Source: a bacterium (GTDB lineage: Bacteria; Patescibacteriota; Patescibacteriia; JACQRZ01). From it: a stretch of 64,000 nt of DNA. The position numbers were made by a program, and so were the translations under genes. This document shows positions 60,328-64,000 of the stretch, piece by piece (within the stretch, counting starts at the first letter, position 1; the number at the start of each line of letters is the position of its first letter). The stretch covers positions 5,931 through 69,930 of the forward strand of contig JAUYIE010000004.1 of the NCBI GenBank assembly GCA_030688365.1, in the 5' to 3' direction. The notes under the pieces were generated by a model, which saw nothing but the letters and a program-made list of their open reading frames with translations, had not been told where the DNA came from and did no database searches.

Positions 60328-61694
60328 GCCGATTTCTTTTTACTTTTTTCTTCGGTGACGACCATGACGGGCGTCCCTTGGAAACTATACAACTCGCGAA
60401 GACGATTTTCCAAATACCGAAGATACTCATATCTAATACTAGCACGGCTGTTGACAGAAAGTATAAACGTCGGCGGACAGCCCAGTCGCTGTTTGATGCC
60501 AAAAATGCGCGGTCGTTTGCGTCCCATCGGCCAGATCGGCGGTTGACGTGTCATTGCTGTTTTGAGAAACGCAGTGAGTTCTTCTTGTGGAATTTCTTTC
60601 TCGCGCTCTTTCTGCACTTCAATTATTATATCAAGAATTTTCTTAACGCGCTGTTTTGTGAGGGCGGACACAAAGATATCCGGCGCCCATTTTATAAACT
60701 CAAAAAACTTATGAAAATATTTTTTGTACGCATCACTACTTTTGACTGTCTTTTCTTCCACCAAATCCCATTTGTTTACTACCAACACGATACCCGCACC
60801 GGAAGAGACAGCAATATCAGCAAGACGGCTTTCCTGTTTTGACGCGGTAGTCATGGCATCCAGTACCAAAAGTGCTACATCTGCTTTTTCAATATTTTTG
60901 ATACTGCGTTTAACTCCTTCGTATTCTATACCATGCTGAACTTTGCTTTGCTTACGGATACCGACGGTGTCGATAAGGATGATTGGCTGATCTTCGTACA
61001 CAATAATAGTGTCATGCGGTTCACGAGTGGTATGGGCGATAGGACTGGCAATGACGCGTTCTTCATCAAGAATCGCATTGAGCAAGGATGACTTACCGAC
61101 GTTTGTACGACCAACGATAGCAACTTTGATCGGTGCTTTTGTCGGTGCGGGTGTAGCGACGCGTTTGAGTAATGGATGTACTTCGTCCAAAAGGTCGCCA
61201 ACTCCTCGTCCGCTTGCGGCTGAAACACTATATCCGGAACCGATACCCAGTTTGTTCCAATTTTGTGAAGATAAAGCAATGTGTTCTTTTTGTTTGTCTA
61301 TTTTATTGATTACCAAATACACAGGCGTCTTGGTTGCTTTTTGGATGACTTTGAGATACGCACGGTCATCAGGATGGATGTCTTCTTTGCCATCTACGAT
61401 AAACAAAATAACATCTGCTTTTTTTAGCATGGCAAGCGCGTGGGCATAAGTTTTTTCCTCAATCTCATCAGTAGGCTTTGGCACAAAACCACCGGAGTCT
61501 GCCACCTGAAAGGTAAAATCACGCCAGTTGCCGATCCCATAGTTCACGTCACGCGTAGTTCCCGCGTCAGACGAAATAACGGCCTTTTTCTCTTCTATCA
61601 AACGATTAAACAGTGTTGATTTGCCAACATTAACCCGTCCTACAAGAGCAACAAGCGGGTATGGATTCTCTTTTTGTATGGTGCGGACTGGCAT
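60324..61694 (-). CDS. der: Ribosome-biogenesis GTPase Der (EngA)
   Basis: Two tandem G domains (GRVNVGKSTLFN; GRTNVGKSSLLN) and a KH-like C-terminus. Confidence 0.9.
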   Translation of the reverse strand: MPVRTIQKENPYPLVALVGRVNVGKSTLFNRLIEEKKAVISSDAGTTRDVNYGIGNWRDFTFQVADSGGFVPKPTDEIEEKTYAHALAMLKKADVILFIVDGKEDIHPDDRAYLKVIQKATKTPVYLVINKIDKQKEHIALSSQNWNKLGIGSGYSVSAASGRGVGDLLDEVHPLLKRVATPAPTKAPIKVAIVGRTNVGKSSLLNAILDEERVIASPIAHTTREPHDTIIVYEDQPIILIDTVGIRKQSKVQHGIEYEGVKRSIKNIEKADVALLVLDAMTTASKQESRLADIAVSSGAGIVLVVNKWDLVEEKTVKSSDAYKKYFHKFFEFIKWAPDIFVSALTKQRVKKILDIIIEVQKEREKEIPQEELTAFLKTAMTRQPPIWPMGRKRPRIFGIKQRLGCPPTFILSVNSRASIRYEYLRYLENRLRELYSFQGTPVMVVTEEKSKKKSA

Positions 61695-61764
61695 ATACGA
61701 GCATTAAAGCATGAAATTGGGAGAAAAGCGAGAGGAAAGAGGTGGTGTATCTCGAGCAGGGTAT

Positions 61765-61902
61765 TTGGTTCTTCTTTTAAAAAGCGTTCGGCAACGGTAC
61801 TGGTAATGAGTGTGTTAATCTCCCTCCTCACTTCTATTCGCTCATCTCAATATTTTCATCGTACATTTGACTCGCTCATAAAATTTTTAAAAGAAGAACC
61901 AA
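61765..61902. mobile_element. MITE-like element, copy 2: 138 bp with perfect 19-bp TIRs (TTGGTTCTTCTTTTAAAAA), inverted relative to copy 1 and overlapping the RT2 3' end
   Basis: Left TIR 61765-61783, right TIR 61884-61902. The last 15 codons of the RT2 ORF (FGSSFKNFMSESNVR) are encoded by element sequence. Confidence 0.7.
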
Positions 61903-62899
61903 ATACCTGCCATCTTACGTCACTCAAACCCCGTCTTATCTTCGCAGTGTTCCCGTGACTCAATAATCCCATATATGACTGCATTTGAGCAGGATCATTC
62001 TTTCCTGCTTTGATATGACGGAACATCCTCTTTTTTGTCGCTGTCCTCAACACTCGATGATCAGGAAAATGTACCCAACCGAGGAAATCAACACCCGATG
62101 AAAATGTTTTGAGAAAAAGCTTGTTGGGATGAAGCTGAAGATGTAGCCGTGAAGATAGAAACTCCTGAATCATCGGGACGAGTGTCTCTAACCATTCTAT
62201 GTCAGATGACAATACCACAAAATCATCAGCGTAACGTATGTAATACCGAGTGTGGGCGGTATGTTTCATAAACTGATCCAATTCATTCATATACACGTTG
62301 GCAAACACCTGTGATGTAAGATTGCCCAGTGGTAAACCGACACCGCGATGAGTCGTATGGAAACTACCGATGATGCGATACAAAAGATCAACAATCCGAG
62401 AATCGGGTATTGATAATTTCAATATATCAATAAGTACCTCATGCGATATAGACGCAAAAAACTTGCATATATCGCACTTGAGTGCCCATGCGGTACGAGT
62501 ATGATTCCTTGAAACGACATATTCCATAGAACGGAATCGATCAAGCGCTTTATGCGTTCCCTTTCCATCTCTGCATGAATACGAATCATGAATAAACCGC
62601 GTATCAACATACGGATACAATATACGATAAATTGCGCGATGGAGTACTCTGTCACGCACCGACGCCTTATGTATCTCCCGTGGTTTTGGATCATTGATGC
62701 GAAACGCCTGGTATGCACCGTGTCTGTATCTATTGGTCGCAAGGTCATGATGCAGTATAATAAGATTACTCATGAGATTCTGCTCAAATTCAATAACATC
62801 ACTGCGACAGGATTTTCCTATACGAAATTCTCGCCATGCCTCAAGGAGATTCTCAAGAGAAATAATATCTTCATACGTATGAATGAATTTTCCGGACAT
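61856..62899 (-). CDS. Diversity-generating retroelement reverse transcriptase (DGR RT2), paralog of RT1 with an element-derived C-terminal tail
   Basis: LPLGNLTSQVFANVYM and YIRYADDFV motifs. About 60 percent identity to RT1 across the full length. Confidence 0.9.
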   Translation of the reverse strand: MSGKFIHTYEDIISLENLLEAWREFRIGKSCRSDVIEFEQNLMSNLIILHHDLATNRYRHGAYQAFRINDPKPREIHKASVRDRVLHRAIYRILYPYVDTRFIHDSYSCRDGKGTHKALDRFRSMEYVVSRNHTRTAWALKCDICKFFASISHEVLIDILKLSIPDSRIVDLLYRIIGSFHTTHRGVGLPLGNLTSQVFANVYMNELDQFMKHTAHTRYYIRYADDFVVLSSDIEWLETLVPMIQEFLSSRLHLQLHPNKLFLKTFSSGVDFLGWVHFPDHRVLRTATKKRMFRHIKAGKNDPAQMQSYMGLLSHGNTAKIRRGLSDVRWQVFGSSFKNFMSESNVR

Positions 62900-63295
62900 A
62901 TCACTAATGTTACCCCCCCCCCGAGGCTTTTACCAGTCCTGCAAAAGATAAAGTCAGTATATATCCTCTGGCATGGATATTATCAGGTACTGCCAAAAAC
63001 TCATCGTTACAGTATTGGGCTTCGCATTGATACTTTATTCGTAGAGCTCATTGAAGCCACCTCCATAGCAGGATTCCTCTCTCGTGAAGAAAAACAACCA
63101 CTCGTGCGCATCGCTATCAGAAAAAATGACACCATAAAAATCTTTCTCATGGTGCTCTGGGAAACAGGATCACTAGAAACAAAACGATATGTCACACTTT
63201 CACTACCCCTAGAAGAAATCGGCAGAATGTTGGGCGGATGGAACGGACAACTACAAAAACAAAACTCTCCCGTCATTGCGAGGGGAGAGAAATGA
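62879..63295 (+). CDS. avd: Avd-like accessory protein (paralog of avd1), start uncertain (ATG 62879 overlapping the RT2 start on the other strand, or CTG 62939)
   Basis: C-terminal LPLEEIGRMLGGWNGQLQKQN aligns with avd1 IPLEEIGKMVGGWKKQLEKEN. N-terminal (L)QKIKSVYILWH aligns with avd1 (L)QKAVETYKLWH. Confidence 0.7.
   Translation: MNEFSGHITNVTPPPRLLPVLQKIKSVYILWHGYYQVLPKTHRYSIGLRIDTLFVELIEATSIAGFLSREEKQPLVRIAIRKNDTIKIFLMVLWETGSLETKRYVTLSLPLEEIGRMLGGWNGQLQKQNSPVIARGEK
62913..62922. repeat. Poly-C homopolymer (10 nt) between the RT2 start and the avd2 core
   Basis: cccccccccc read directly. Lies inside the avd2 ORF if translation starts at ATG 62879, and upstream of it if translation starts at CTG 62939. 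Confidence 0.9.
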
Positions 63296-63301
63296 AGAGA
63301 G

Positions 63302-63436
63302 TTGCGACGGGCAAACAACAAGCGATTGTCGGGATTGAGCATGTTGTCGGGATGAATGTAGTTCGTGTTGAGCCAGAACTCACCATCGTTGAAATTCACG
63401 TTGAACACGTTGGGATCGCCATCGGAGTCCGTAATG
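63302..63436 (-). repeat. DGR2 template repeat (TR2), about 135 bp, starting 7 nt after the avd2 stop
   Basis: Aligns at offset +498 with 63800-63934. 15 of 16 mismatches before the ragged 5' end are T in TR (plus strand) versus N in VR. Confidence 0.8.
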
Positions 63437-63515
63437 TATACCATGCCATCTGTGCCACTGCCTTATGATTACTCACAAAGCTGTATCGAATCTGCGATCA
63501 ATAATCGCCCAGCAT

Positions 63516-63543
63516 AATATACCAAGTATCTTCGTTTTTTGAA
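63516..63543 (-). promoter_or_regulatory. Candidate promoter for TR2 RNA (minus strand TTCAAA-16-TATATT), about 70 nt upstream of the TR2 5' end
   Basis: Read from the sequence. Weak match to the consensus. Confidence 0.25.
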
Positions 63544-63727
63544 TAATCTCAATCACCACACTACCCCCAATCGTAATCAAGGATATTCTGGATGAAGGGA
63601 TACTGGCTTCGGCCGCGGGAAACCATAATCTCCCGCACGATTCACCTAGCGCCACAATCAGTATACCCTTAATTTTCCAAAAAAATATTCCTCGCCATAA
63701 TTATGGTTTGGAATATTATTCAATATT

Positions 63728-63742
63728 AGGTCTAAGAGCTCG
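63728..63742. other. GC-rich hairpin (GCTCGC-ttc-GCGAGC) about 60 nt downstream of the VR2 3' end
   Basis: Perfect 6-bp inverted repeat. A second hairpin (GCGGGA-n10-TCCCGC) lies at 63621-63642. Confidence 0.35.
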
Positions 63743-63795
63743 CTTCGCGAGCAAGTAACAAAGTGCAGAAGAGTTAATCCTCCAAAAACTAAGAG

Positions 63796-64000
63796 CTACT
63801 TGCGACGGGCAAACAACACGCGAGCGTCGGGATCGAGCATGCGGTCGGGATGAATGTAGTCCGCGTAGAGCCAGAACTCACCACCGTCGAAATGCACGTT
63901 GAACACGTCGGGAGCGCCAGCGGAGTCCGTAATGGTATCCATGGCGAGAATAGCCCAGTTTCTGTCGTCTTTTTCTGCTTTTTTCAAAACGACTTCTATT
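63796..64000 (-). CDS. DGR2 variable (target) protein, C-terminal part only; the ORF is open to the window edge and VR2 encodes the last roughly 45 aa
   Basis: C-terminus ITDSAGAPDVFNVHFDGGEFWLYADYIHPDRMLDPDARVLFARRK matches the TR2-encoded ITDSDGDPNVFNVNFNDGEFWLNTNYIHPDNMLNPDNRLLFARRN. Stop TAG at 63796-63798. Confidence 0.7.
   Translation of the reverse strand, partial: IEVVLKKAEKDDRNWAILAMDTITDSAGAPDVFNVHFDGGEFWLYADYIHPDRMLDPDARVLFARRK
63800..63934 (-). repeat. DGR2 variable repeat (VR2)
   Basis: See TR2. Asn (AAC/AAT) codons in TR correspond to D/H/Y/A/R codons in VR. Confidence 0.8.

Noticed and set aside
62588-63295. 235-aa plus-strand ORF from the ORF track covering avd2
   Set aside because: The N-terminal 100 aa are antisense to RT2 and have no counterpart in avd1. 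The real avd2 is the C-terminal roughly 120-140 aa (start at ATG 62879 or CTG 62939).

Overview
This 64 kb window appears to come from a small-genome bacterium, probably CPR/Patescibacteria-like, judging by its gene content. It has a compact set of housekeeping genes (gltX, cysS, hisS, dnaB, recR, ftsA/ftsZ, topA, der, pth, tpiA, rplU, rpsU, uppS), a complete type IV pilus and competence locus, and several very large surface proteins.

Genes are predominantly on the minus strand and tightly packed. Five tRNAs are present (Lys-UUU, Thr-UGU, Tyr-GUA, Thr-GGU, Val-CAC). No rRNA or CRISPR array was found.

The most interesting region is an accessory island from about 51.3 kb to the window end:
- A HicAB module in which the hicA toxin gene is disrupted by an in-frame TAA.
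- A VapBC module bracketed by about 53-bp direct repeats.
- Two paralogous diversity-generating retroelements (DGR1 about 52980-55518; DGR2 about 61856 to beyond 64000). Each has a reverse transcriptase carrying the DGR-type GNLTSQ motif, an Avd-like four-helix-bundle gene, and a template/variable repeat pair in which all internal mismatches fall at template adenines.
- Both DGRs share the same non-canonical layout. avd lies on the strand opposite to RT, TR and target. RT and avd are divergent. The TR 3' end abuts the avd stop codon convergently.
- A poly-C tract (8 and 10 nt) sits in each RT-avd intergenic region.
- Two copies of a roughly 120-140 bp MITE-like element with perfect 19-bp terminal inverted repeats bracket the block between the two DGRs. 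One copy is fused into the 3' end of the RT2 gene.

Other notable content:
- A pilin-rich T4P cluster with two tandemly duplicated major pilins, a PilB/PilC pair, and flanking two-component regulators. dprA lies nearby.
- A cluster of Ca-binding-repeat and Cys-rich giant surface proteins, with Dsb-type oxidative-folding genes.
- An oxidative-stress pair (peroxiredoxin, Fe/Mn-SOD-like).
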